The notes beneath the pieces are model-generated. The model was given only the letters and a program-made list of their open reading frames with translations. It was not told the DNA's origin and ran no database searches. Source: Paraspadella gotoi (lineage: Eukaryota; Animalia; Chaetognatha). Taken from it: a stretch of DNA of 64,000 nucleotides. The position numbers and the translations under genes were made by a program. Shown here in pieces: positions 12,656 to 27,990 of the stretch. How positions within the stretch are numbered: position 1 is the stretch's first letter; the number at the start of each line of letters is the position of its first letter. The stretch spans positions 4,345,834 through 4,409,833 of the forward strand of contig JBJCIZ010000239.1 in the NCBI GenBank assembly GCA_051294375.1. Direction: 5' to 3'.

Positions 12656-13732
12656 ATTTTGTAAGGCGCTATTTTCCGATAGCGTCTTATTGTTTTTTAA
12701 AATGTTTTTTTTCGGGGTCGATTTTCTAATTGTTTCCCCCTAAAACTGGGGTATAAAATAAGTATAGAGTATGTAAAATATTATGCCTCGCCATTTTGTC
12801 TTTTTCTTCTCTCACCCAACTTTTATTTTTGACCGTACATAAACTGTCCCCACGCGTTCAGCCAAAACCTTTTCTGGTTATTTTGTCGGACTTTTGTCGT
12901 TCCCTATGTCGTAATTTTGCGAGACTTAAGATAATTATTTAGTTAGTTTTTTTGACAATCTATAAGTAGAATTGTCCATCATCAACTACAGTTTTACAGG
13001 ATTATTTATAAGTTATTTCACAGAGTACATTGAACTATAACTGGTATTAAATGTGATTCAAATGTGGCCAAAATTTTAATTCTGATAACTTATCTTTCAT
13101 TTTATTATTGAAATAAAAAAATAATAAAAATATAAAAGCAATAATTAAAAAAAACAGTGCCTAAAAACTAGTATAAAATTGGTACAACCAATAAAATATT
13201 AGATTTTTATTTTATAAATAAGCTAACTTATCTCTGGTTTTTTAAAATATTTATAAATATTCTGCAAAAATAGAATCTGAGAAATATTAATTGGTTTCAA
13301 ATAAAATTTTAATTTTAGTATAAATCTAGCTGATAAAAAAAAATATTTTTTTTTGATCTGTCCTTATATAATTTTTTATTTGATAGGATCGGATTGAAAT
13401 TAAAATTTGATTAAAATACTTGCTAAAAAAAGTTAATAATAAAAAAATAATATAAAAGCTATTGAATTTTATTGGATAACATTAATACAGAATTATAGAA
13501 TCTCAAATATAAAACTTATTTTCCAAAAGCTCCCATTTTGGATTAAATTTATAATTAAGAAAGGTTTTCATAATTTAAATATAAGGTATGGGGTTATAGT
13601 TATGGATTATATTATGGGTTAAAGATTCGTGTTAAGGATTAAGTTAAGGTTATGTTTTAAAGTTATAAAGATTAGGCTCAGGAACAGAAATGGGCCGCTT
13701 TTGGAAAATAGTTCTCAGAAATGTTCATCGTT

Positions 13733-15124
13733 TTAGGATTCAGGACCGGACTGATAATCCTCCAAACCGTACTCGAAATGTTTGTTGAAAGTCACGCGGA
13801 GTTTCGTCCACGCGATGTCGCATCTGTCGTTGGCGAAAAAAAAACAAAAGATCAAACGCGGGATAAAAATATTATAAAATATATATAAATAATCAAATAA
13901 AAATAAAATATAAAAAAACCCCAAATATTTCAAATTAAATAGCTTTTGAGCTTTGCTTTCCATAATGAAAATGAGAGAAAAAAAAGTTTGATGGAACCTT
14001 CCTTGTATTTCAAGGAAACTGATTTTATATTTTAACCTATGATGAAGTCAAAAGCCTTTTAAATATCGCGACTTTCTCAAATAAACTGATTAACTTATAA
14101 GAAGAGTTTTATTTATTTTCTAAAAAAACATTTAATTTGAAACTACAAATCTTGCTTTAATGAAGTCTCGGAAAAAAATTACATAAACTAAATATTCTTT
14201 AGATAAATTCATAATTAATGGAATATAATAGTTTAATGCGATATAGTTTTTTATTTCTGTTAGAGGGCTACTAATTCTCTACCCTGGTGGCATAAGAGCA
14301 TGCATTCCCTGTTCCTACCAAGTGCCCTTAGAGACACTCTATTACAAATGTGTCCCATATCTGTTTTAGTCATCGAATAAAATCAATCAGCCAATAAATC
14401 AGTCGTGGTAGTCGTTTGTTTTCGTCGTCGTCGTCATCGATGTTGTCATCTTCGTCGTTCGTCGTTCGTCTTCGTCGTTCGTCGTCGTCTCTCACTTTTC
14501 GTCGTCGTCGTCATCTTCCTGTCGTTCGTCGCGTCGTTCTTCACTTTTCGTCGTCGTCGGGGCACTTGTCGTCGTCATCTGTCGTTCGTCGTCATCTCTC
14601 ACTTTCGTCTGTCGTCGTCGTCGTCGGTCTTCTCACTTTTCGTCGTCGTCGTCGTCATCCTCGTTCGTCTCGTCATCTCTCACCTTTTCGTCGTCGTCGT
14701 CGTTCTGTCGTTCGTCTGTCACTCTTCACTTTTGTCTCGTCGTCGTTCGTCGTTTCGTCGTCGTCTCTCACTTTTCGTCGTTCGTCGCTTCTGTTGTCGT
14801 CTTCTCTTTGTCCTCGTCGTCCCGTTCGTCTGTCGTCTGCGTCTCTCACTTTTCTGTCGTCTCGTCTCTCACTTTTCGTCTGTCGTCGTCGTCTGTCGTC
14901 GTCTCTCACTTTTCGTCGTCGTCGTCGTCTCTCACTTTTCGTCATCGTCGTCGTCGTCGTCGTCGTTCTCTCACTTTTCGTCGTCGTCGTCGTCGTCGTC
15001 GTCGTCTCTTCACTTTTCGTCCCAAGTTGAATTAAATTCTTTGATCGACTTTGACATGGCGACGAGGAAGATGGACATGTCGCCTTGCTGGACTCCCATG
15101 CGCGCATGGTCGTAGCTGTAAGGA

Positions 15125-15203
<79 letters not shown>

Positions 15204-15330
15204 AAGAAAGAATAAAGAGAAAGAAAGAAAAAAGAAAGATAGAGATACAGAGAGAGATAAAGAGAGTAAAAACAAAAGAAAGAAAGAAAGACAGAAGAGA
15301 GGTAGAGAGATTGAGAAAGAGAGAGAGAGA

Positions 15331-15370
<40 letters not shown>

Positions 15371-15392
15371 AATAAATAAAGAATGAAAGACA

Positions 15393-15439
<47 letters not shown>

Positions 15440-15799
15440 ATAAAAGAAAGAAAGAAAAAAAAGAAAGAAAGAAAAAAGAAAGATAGAGACACAGAGAGAG
15501 ATAAAGAGAGTAAAAACAAAGAAAGAGAGAAAGACAGAGAGGAGAGGTAGAGAGATGGAGAAAGAGAGAGAGAGAGAGAGAAATAAAGAATGAAAGACAG
15601 ATAGAAAGAGAGAGAGAGAGAGAGAGAGATAGAGAGAGAGAGAGGGAAAGAGAGAGAGTTTTTATATCGGTTATGTTTTTGAAAAAAATTCGCTCCTTTT
15701 AATTCTTACCCCATTATTCTTATCTGCTCTATCAAGTAAGACGTGTCGTCCATGTTCTCCAGCACTTTGTCCAGTACGACATGGAGCTGGAGAGAGAGA

Positions 15800-15831
<32 letters not shown>

Positions 15832-18019
15832 TGATAATGGTGATGAAGATGATAGAAAAGCTTTTGAAAATTATTATAACTAAATATTGAACAAAACGAC
15901 ACGAACTAATGAACTAAAGAAATGAATGAACAAACGAATGAACGAACGAAGGGAACTAACAAACGAATGAACGAACGAATGAACGAAAAACAAACAAACG
16001 AATGAAAAAAGGGAAGAAAAAAACGAATGAACGAATTAACAAACAAATGCACAAAAAACAAATAATGAACGAACGAACAAACAAATGAACGAATAAATGA
16101 ACAAAATCAAAACGAATGAGAGATCCAACAAACGGATGAATGAAAGTACGAATGCTGAAGAAGAAGACTTATATCGCAACGGTAGTGTTTATTGAAGAAA
16201 AGTCCCTGGCCGGAATAGTATTAGAAAAGAAGGAAGTTAGTAGAACTCGAGAAACGCGGAGAGTGGACTGAAAAGGAACGGATCCTCGGGAGAGGGAGGG
16301 GAAGAGGAGGATGAGGATCGAGGAATGAACAAAGGAAATGAACAAACAAATGAAGGAACAAATGAACAAAACCAAACGAACCAACGATCGAACTACCGAA
16401 CAAAAGAACGAAAAAAAAACAAACAAAAAAAAAAAAAAAACAAAGGGAACGAATGAAGGAACGAAGGAACGAACTAACGGAACGAACTCCCCTTCTCTCT
16501 CTTACGTGATGATTATGTTTGTGAGATCGAATGTGTCTCATAGCTTCTTCGACGCTTTTGCTGTTCTGTGTGTAGTAGAACCTGACACGTGGCGACGCAC
16601 GTGGCCGCCCGGGGGGGGGATTTAAGTAAAGAATAAATCGGCCGTATTTTCGGAAAGCGCTCCCATTTCAGCTTTTAAATCAAAATTTGGTAATTTTTTT
16701 TTTTGGGGGGGGGGCTCGCTTTTTTCCCTGCGTGCCTCATTTTTTATTTGTCCGTACCAGAATTTAATTTTAATCTTAAAATTTAACATGTATGCGTTTA
16801 TATTTTATAAATTTATAAACCAATCCCTAACCTTTAACCCTAAACGCCGGTCTCTAACTCAAATCTCAAACCGTAATCACAAACATCGTCTTTAACCTTA
16901 ATCACTGTGAGAATTGTCGCTTATTCTCATGCTAGGGCGGACTAACATCTAATGTTTCGCCCGTAACGAATCGTCTCATCCTTAGGAAACTCGTAAAAAC
17001 GACGTTTCTCCGGGCAAAAGACAAAAGAAAATGGCCGTAAAAATATTGGACCAAAAAGGGAAGGGAAAAGCGCGACATGAGGCGAAATATCTTTCATACT
17101 CACCTAATCCTTAACCTTAACCTTTAATTCCGAATTGAAGATAAAAATGGGGCGCTCTGGGAAAATAAGGCCATTCTCTCACGCATCCATAACTTCTCCG
17201 TCACCTCTCCATCATGTCCGGCGACAGCGAGAAGAAAGTTTCGAAGAGATTATTGCCGAATTGCTCGGGGTCTATTGCGATGTTTGGCGCCCATGTCGAC
17301 CGGATCAGATTTCGTTCCTTTTCGTTTTTTTTTTTTGGGGGGGATATAAGGCGGGGGGGGAACGGGGGGGGAGAGGAAGGGGAGGGGTGGGGGGGGGAGA
17401 GTAGAACGTAGCGCGGCGGAGGGGTGTTGATAAGAATGTTTAAAACTATTTGCTATATTTATATTGATTTGCTTTACCCATCTTTACTTTACCCATCTGC
17501 GATTTCATCTCTCCCCATCGGCAATTCAAACTTTATCCATCTGCTATTCCAACTCTCCACATCTGCAATTCAATCTTTATCTATCTGCTATTCCATCTCT
17601 CCCCATCTGTAATTCAATCATAATCAATCTGCTATTCCATCTCTCCCCATCTACCATTCAAACTTCACCCATCTACTATTCCATCTCTCCCTATCTGCAA
17701 TTCAGTCTTTATCCATCTGCTATTCCAATTCTCCACATCTGCAATTCAATCTTTATCCATCTGCTTTTCTAACTTATCCCAATATTTTCTATCTGCAATT
17801 CCATCTATCCTCAATCTCTTCTCATCTTTAATTCCATCTCACTACTATCCACAATTTCATCTCTCCCAATCTGCACTTCCACCTCTTTCCATCTGCAATT
17901 CCATCACACCTCATCTTCAATTCCATCTCTACCACATCTGCAATTCACCTCTGACTCATTTGGGTAAGAGGATCTGGATCGTCGAGTCCCTTGTCGCTTT
18001 TGCAACAAGAGTTGCCCAT
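13733..18019 (-). CDS. Globin with N-terminal acylation signal (globin X-like architecture)
   Basis: Exons 18019-17949, 17317-17205, 16581-16506, 15786-15710, 15115-15014, 13823-13733: MGNSCC..DPLTQMSQRERNLIRSTW..FFSLSPDMMERF(CD1)..KH(E7)..MGYDH(F8)ARMGV..AWTKL. The first junction is one G short of frame. Confidence 0.85.
14405..15020. repeat. (GTC)n/CTCACTTTTC minisatellite in globin intron 5
   Basis: About 14 units of CTCTCACTTTTCGTCGTC with variable GTC runs. Confidence 0.9.
16639..17172. mobile_element. Telomeric-repeat MITE in globin intron 2
   Basis: GGCCGTATTTTCGGAAAGCGCTCCCATTT ... AAATGGGGCGCTCTGGGAAAATAAGGCC with CCCTAA-like interior. Confidence 0.7.
17480..17948. repeat. ~41-bp minisatellite in globin intron 1
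   Basis: Tandem CCATCTGCTATTCCATCTCTCCCCATCTGCAATTCAATCTT-like units. Confidence 0.85.
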
Positions 18020-20026
18020 ACAGGGTGGCTCATGAACGAGGCGCGATGAGGCTGACGTTAAACAGCGAGTACCGAACGAGGTGCGCTTTGGGGTAACGAT
18101 GAAAGTTGTTTATCATTAAAACTCTTTAACGCCCAACGTAAATTTCAAAGAAAATATTGATCTTGAGTCATTCACAGTATTATTAAATATTTATCCATTC
18201 GTTTAATAAATAAGCTGTACTGCCTACTGACTTTGGACAGGCGTTGGTGTGTTAAGTCCTCGATCATTCTTACAAGATATAATTACATCGTCAGATTATC
18301 AAGTGATACAATATTTCTTTAACTGCCTCAACTTTATTAGATCAGTTTTGATATTAGTACAACCTATACAAAAATAATCCATTTATCCAATAACCAATCT
18401 TCCCCGTAGCCCCGATTCAGACATATTGTCCATCCTCAGTCGACATTATTCGTAAATGTTACAAAGCAGAGACTGCTTAAATTTGTACATTTTCCGAGTA
18501 TAATGTCAACATAAAAGGACACCGCATGGGGCGCAGTATGGTGACCCTCCCCCCAAAAAAACCCATTTTTTAGGTAATTTTTAAATGTTACCCTTTTGGA
18601 GATTCCCCCAAGGGGAATGAAAACATTTCTTCCCCTAGGAGAGAAATCTACTGGCGACGGTATATATCACATTTTCTTAATTGAATACCTGTATTTTGTT
18701 ATCCGCGGTAGCACATAATTACCTTCGCTGCGATCAAACGCCAAATAAAATAAACAATGATAATAAAAATAAAAATTATTTAAATAACTAAATAATTCTT
18801 CAAAAAAGGTTTAAAAAAATGTTAATCGTCTTTTTTGGGAAGATTATACATTTAGAATAATTATTTTTTTTTTAAAGAGAAACACAACATTTTAAAACAC
18901 AATTTTTTTTAAAAGAATTAAGCGAGGCGCAGATTTTGCCGGATTCTTGTAATCCAGTTACATTTTCCAATACAAAATTTAACGTTTAACAAATTTATAG
19001 GAAGATATGAAGATATATATATTTAAAAATCCTTTGTTTTTATTTATTTCCCAATAGTCAAATGAACATAGCAATCCAATTTTACGTTTAATGTTTAACA
19101 AATTTATAGGAAGATATGGAAATATAATTTTAAAAATATATTTGTAAAAATCCTTTGTTTTTACTTCTCTCCCAGGGCGCTTTAATCAATAGTCAAATGA
19201 ACATAGCAATCCAATTTTACGTTCAAATAGACAGACAGACCGAACGATGAAAAAAAAATACTTATTAAGTCTCTCCGCGAGTACTCGCGAATCGCGACGC
19301 AACTATGAATAGTTAACTCGATATATATATATATATATATATTTTCATCTCTTTTGTCTTTTGTTCGTCTCTTCGTTGTTATAAAAATGAAAGTTCCGGT
19401 CGGCGCGACATCTAACCGAAACTCGCAGCGGAAGAATCTTTTGTTTCGAAAATCGGGAATTCCAAGAAATTCCTTGTATTCTCTTGCGTTGTCTATTTTT
19501 ATTTAAAATTTTAAATCACTATTTTTTTTTGGTTTTGTTACTTTTAAAATAAAATAACGAAACTAATAATATGAATAAGATCGAAATGTAAGTAAAAAAA
19601 AAACAAAAAACAAAAAAAAAACGAAAAAAAACGACGAGCTCAAATTCTCGGCTCTCTTTTACCAAAGCGAGCCCCATTTTTTTTTAACCTTTATTCCAGC
19701 CTAAATATGATCTTAATCATTTATCTTAAACCTTAGTCCCTAACAAGAATCCCTAACCCTAATCGCTAACCTTAATTACTTTACAATTTGAGGATGACAC
19801 TCAATGACATCGCGAGGACGAACGACGACAAAATGATGAGAGGAATTTGTGTCATTTAAAAAGAAATGACGTCATCGGTGAAATCTTTTATTCATGAACT
19901 TGAAAACCGTCATTGCGAAATTGTCCGAAACTGATAATAGGACGAATTCTACGATGACGATGATGAAGATGATGACGCGTTTTCTTTCCCCCCCCCTCTC
20001 TCTCTCTCTCTCTCCTCCTCTCTCTT

Positions 20027-20064
<38 letters not shown>

Positions 20065-20299
20065 TCCTCTTCTTTTTACACAAAGTTCTGTTACCAGGTT
20101 ACATAAGAAGGGAACTACTGTGTTATATTTTGGAGTTTTACTTCAATCAACAAAAAAAAATTTAAAAATATTTTTTTATATCTCCCTCTCTCTCTCTTTC
20201 TCTCTTTCTCTCTCTCTCACTCTTTCACTCTCTCTCCATTTTTCTTTTGACACCAAGTTCTGTACCAGGTTACAAAGGGGGAACTACTGTGTTTATTTT

Positions 20300-20348
<49 letters not shown>

Positions 20349-20869
20349 GTTTAAAGAATGTTGTTTATAAGTAACAGAAAGATAGAGAAAGAGGGAAGAA
20401 ATATGTCATCATCATCTTCATCATCGTCATCGTGGAATTCTCTCTCTCTCCCTCTTTCTTTTGACACCAAGTTCTGTACCAGGTTACAAAGGGGGAACTA
20501 CTGTGTTTATTTTTGGAGAGAGAGAGAGAGAGGGAGATATAAAACAAGTTTGAGCAAACAATGTCAGATCTGCCCACGATCATTATCGGTAATTAATTAA
20601 TTAATTATTAATTATTTATTAATAATTAATTCAAGTTAATTAATTATTTAATTAATTAATAATTTATTTATTCAGGTTTATTATTTAATTAATTAGGCAA
20701 TTAATTAATTAATTAATTTGATCCAAAATGTATGATTTGATTGATTAATTGACTGATTAATTAATTATTGATTAATTAATTGACTGATTAATTAACTGAT
20801 TAATTGTTTGATTAATTAATACATCTTGCATTTACATTTAAAATAAAAAGAAAAAGAAACATCATCAAT

Positions 20870-21365
20870 TAGTGAAACAGGTTCTTTGTTTTTTCCATTT
20901 AAACTCATTTCCACTCAAACGATTCCTTCGAAACTTGATTTCCAGTTTAATTACACACCTTTCTACCCAAATACAAAATTTCAAGTCAATCGCTCCTTCC
21001 ACTTATGAGTAATTGGTGTTCAAATAGTAAAATATATTTTTTTGTTTTTTCCATTTAAACTCATTTCCACTCGGACGATTCCATCAAAACTTCATATCCA
21101 GCTCAATCACACACTTCCCTACCCACATACAAAATTTCATTCCAATCCATCCATCCAATCACGAGTAATTGGTGTTTTTTGCTAAGGTGGGACGGACAGA
21201 TGGACAGACAGACGGACGGATGGACATTGTTTATTTTGCAAAATTTATCATAATTCGATTTTCTGACATGATATAAGTGAATGCCCGACAAGATTGAGGG
21301 GGCGGACTGACGGACCGACAAAGTGAATTATAGAGTCGGGATCTGCTGAAAGCAGATCCGACTAA
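20870..21365. mobile_element. DINE/HINE-like (Helentron-associated) element
   Basis: (GACG/GACA)n microsatellite, internal direct repeat, terminal hairpin AGTCGGGATCTGCT-GAA-AGCAGATCCGACT next to an A run. Similar architecture at 32065-32320 and 19225-19305. Confidence 0.55.
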
Positions 21366-22877
21366 AAATATTTTTAAATTTTTTTTGTTGATTGAAGTAA
21401 AACACCAAAAATTTAAAAGAAATCATTACATCGTCCTATTGGACGATTACTATTGGGAATAGTATTATGACAATATCATATGGATGTGCTCATCTACGTT
21501 CTTTCATTTATCTTGATGTAGATTATGTAATGTCACGTCATGTTCGACCGCGAATCACAACCTTGTGATTCGTGAGTCCTGACATTTTTGGGTTTTTCAC
21601 GATTTGTCCTTTAAAAATGGGGAAAAACTTTGACAAAAACATTTGGCTATTTTTGTGAAATTGACCTGGTGGAAAAGGACAGGTTGGAAAGAGAGAGGAA
21701 GGAGATAGAGAGAGAGAGAGAAAGAGAGAGGAGGGAGCGGGGAGAGAGGGAGAGAAGAAAAAGGAGAAAGGAGGGAGGAGAGAGGAAAGAGAAGGGAGAG
21801 AGGGAGGAAGAGAGAAAGAGAGAGTAAAGAGTGAGAGAGGAGGGAGAAGAGAAGAAGGAGAAGGGAGAGAGGAGAGAGGAAGAAAAAAGAGAAAGAGAGA
21901 ATAGAGAGTGAGAGAGGAGGGAGAAGAGAAGAAAGAGAAAAGAGACAGACGAGAGGAAGGAAAGAGAGAAAGAGAGAGGAGAGAGTGAGAGAGGAGGGAG
22001 AAGAGAGGAAAGAGGAGGGAGAGAGGAGAGAGGGAGAGGAAAGAGAATGGAGAGAGAAGAGAGGGAGGAAAGAGAGAAAGAGAGAGTGAGAGAGGAGGGA
22101 GAAGAGAGGAAAGAGCGAGGGAGAGAATGGATGAGAGGGAGAGGAAAGAGAATGGAGAGAGAAGAGAGGGAGGAAAGAGAGAAAGAGAGAGTGAGAGAGG
22201 TGGGAGAAGAGAGGAAAGAGAATGGAGAGAGGAGAGAGAAGAGAGCCAAGAAAGTAAGGAGCCGAACTCGTCCCGTGATTCCTCCGACCGAGTTCTATAT
22301 TCCCCGCTCCCCCCCAATCATTCATTTTGCGATGATGAAACATTTGACGACGCGAAAAAAACCGACGGAGGAAAAGAAAGTAAAAGAAAGTATAAAAATG
22401 CGAAGAGAGAGACGGAGAGAAAAATGCGAAGAGAGAGACGGAGACAAAAATTGTAAAATCGAAAAAAAAAAAAAAAACCAAAAGCGACCAGAGAAGAAAA
22501 ATTTAAAAGAAATCCAACCAACCACGCTTTGTCACCTTTTTGTCACCAAAAAAAAAAAATAATCATTTTTAACCTTAAAAAGGAAAGAAAAAATCGACGA
22601 AGTAATAATCAATAAATAAAATCATTTCAAAGCAACCAAAAAAAAAATAGTTTTACCAAAAAGAAGTATAAAACATCCAAAAAAAAAATAAAATTTTTTT
22701 AAAAATTGCGCGTTCACAAAAAAAAAAGAAAATTAATTAAAAAAAGGACCGAAAAACCGCGAAAAACGAAGAAAATAAAGGAGAAAAAAATATAAATTAA
22801 AAAAAATAATAATAAACTAAAACAAATATATTAAAAACTAAATATAAAGAATAAAAAAGAAAGTAATCCCGAGAAAA

Positions 22878-25574
<2,697 letters not shown>

Positions 25575-27400
25575 GATCTTGGCGCGCGGTGGACAACAAC
25601 GGCGACAACGACGACGAAGATAACGACGATAACGACGATAACGACCTGCAAAGACGACCCACCCCTTCAACCACTATCATAAATTTGACCTTACCCACTA
25701 CTTACAACTACTTACAACTACTACTACTACCACTACCACCACTTCTAGTACTACTATTACTACTACTACTACTACACACTACTTACAACTACCTTAACTA
25801 AGTAATTGATTAATTAAATAACTTATCATCTGATTAGATTCCTGCCGCTAAATGATCGAGAGCAGATCCGGCTTTGTTCCTCAAACTTGCTTAATATTAT
25901 ATACTTGCTTAGTCTGTATTTCTTATTTATTTATAATATGCTTTATCACATTACTTGGTAAAGCTAAGAACACTTTATTTATAGTATGCTTTATTTTATT
26001 TCTGAGTATGGCTTCATTTGCTTGTTTTTTTCTTGTGCTAGTCGTGGTTCGCCTTTTTTCATGGTACGTTATTTAGTATTAATTCTAACGAACCATTAAT
26101 ATTATGAACAAGCATTAGTGCCGCTTGCATTATTTTTACAACGCTCCTTAGACGTAGTATTTACATGTTTCTAAACCTATTTATTTATTATTTAGAGATA
26201 ATCCAAATCTATTTCTACAAGTCCCCGAGGTGTTTTGACTAGTGGTGAATGTGGCTTTTGTCACTAAGGCGTAGTAAAATTTCTAAATTTAACTTTAATT
26301 AAAATTCTAAAAGTGAGGAACGAACAACATTATACTAATGAACATTTATGTAATAAAAAAATTATAATAATTTTTACAATTTACGCAGTAAGCCATATTT
26401 ATACTAGTACTAATCCAATAAATGTTAAAATTTCAAAACAGTTTTTTCTAAGATTTTTTTTTCAGATTTGGATTCGTCATAAAAAGTTGATAAAAAGAAA
26501 TATAACTCTTTTTGATAAATTCCTTTATTAAGTGGGTCAAAAATTAGAAAAAGCTATATTTTAAGCTGAAAATTAATAAGTATTTTTTATTTTTTTTATT
26601 TATTTATTATTTGAGGCTGCATTGGTTGTATTGGAAATATTTTATTAACGATCTCGTTGGCGCTTGTTAGATTATTTGAAAGCTTTTGAAGATCGTTTTC
26701 CCTTCAAAGAAAAATTATTTTACAAAATTATTACTTATGTAAATATATCTTTATTTTTAATTCGGATTTTAAATCATAATCCTTCTTTTGGGGATCTGAA
26801 AATAAATCAGAGTAAAAACAAATTTTCAATGAATTGACTTTATGAAAATAAAAAAAAATAATAGTGGGAACAATTATCTAGTCATGTACTGTTTTAGTTT
26901 TACACAGTCATAGCTCAAAATATATCTCTAGGTATAACATCTTGTTATGATTTATTTTTAGAGAAAGAATGAGAAGGAGAGAGAGAGACAGAGAAAAAAA
27001 GAGAGATAGAAAGAGAGAGAGACAGAGAGAGAGAGAGATGAAAACCCGGTTTGTCGAGAAGACAAAAATGTCAAGGATTTTTCATTTTTAGTTTTTCAAG
27101 ATTAAAACAAATCGAAGTTCGACCTTCAGATTTCTTACATTAAAAGAAAAAAAATTGGCTTTTTTGGATTTATTTTTCTTAATCTCTCGACTTTCTTTTT
27201 CTTATTTTCACTAACTCTTTCACTTAACTCTTTCACTTACCTATCACTCAATCTCTCCACTTTCCCTTTCATCTAAATTTCACTTCTTTAATTTAAATTA
27301 ACTTATTTTGTTTAGTTTATCTTTAAGTTTGTCTACAAATTTATTCTTTTTACTTTTGTAGTACATTAACTATGTATTGCTTCACCAAATGCTAACCTCT

Positions 27401-27460
<60 letters not shown>

Positions 27461-27990
27461 TTACAAATTTAATTTCTTTTCCCTCACCTTCTCTCTCTCT
27501 CTCTTTTCCCCCAACTTAACCTGTCCTCACATTTCACCACTGTCCTGTCTCACATCTTTGTTGGAAAATTTCCTTCCCTCTCTCTCTATCTCTCTCTTTC
27601 TCTCTCTCTCTCTCAAAGGTTATTTTGGTAAATCAAAAATATGAAATTGTCAAAGCGCTAAACGTTGTAAAAAGACTGTCTTTATTTCAAACTCAATTGA
27701 AAACACAACCTAAAGACAGAATTTTCGCAAAAAAATATAGATTAAAAATATTTTGTGAAATCCTTTTTTTTCCCTGTGTTTTTAGGTTGAGAAAAAGTTT
27801 GAATTGGATTCAACAACGATTTATTTTTAAAATTTGAAATTCAAGTTTCTATCAGCACTTGAATTAAAGATGAAACATGTCCACTATTTTAAAATTAAAT
27901 CGTTGTTGAATCCAATTCAAACTTTTTTCTCAGATGAAAAATACAGAATTTAAAATAATATACTTTTTGTTTTAGGAAAAAAAAAAAAAG

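Noticed and set aside
14405-15020. Repeat-spacer-like array resembling CRISPR
   Set aside because: The spacers are just GTC runs, the context is a eukaryotic intron, and there are no cas genes.
19780-19980. GC-richer exon-like stretch, also at 22250-22440
   Set aside because: No consistent splice sites or recognisable reading frame.
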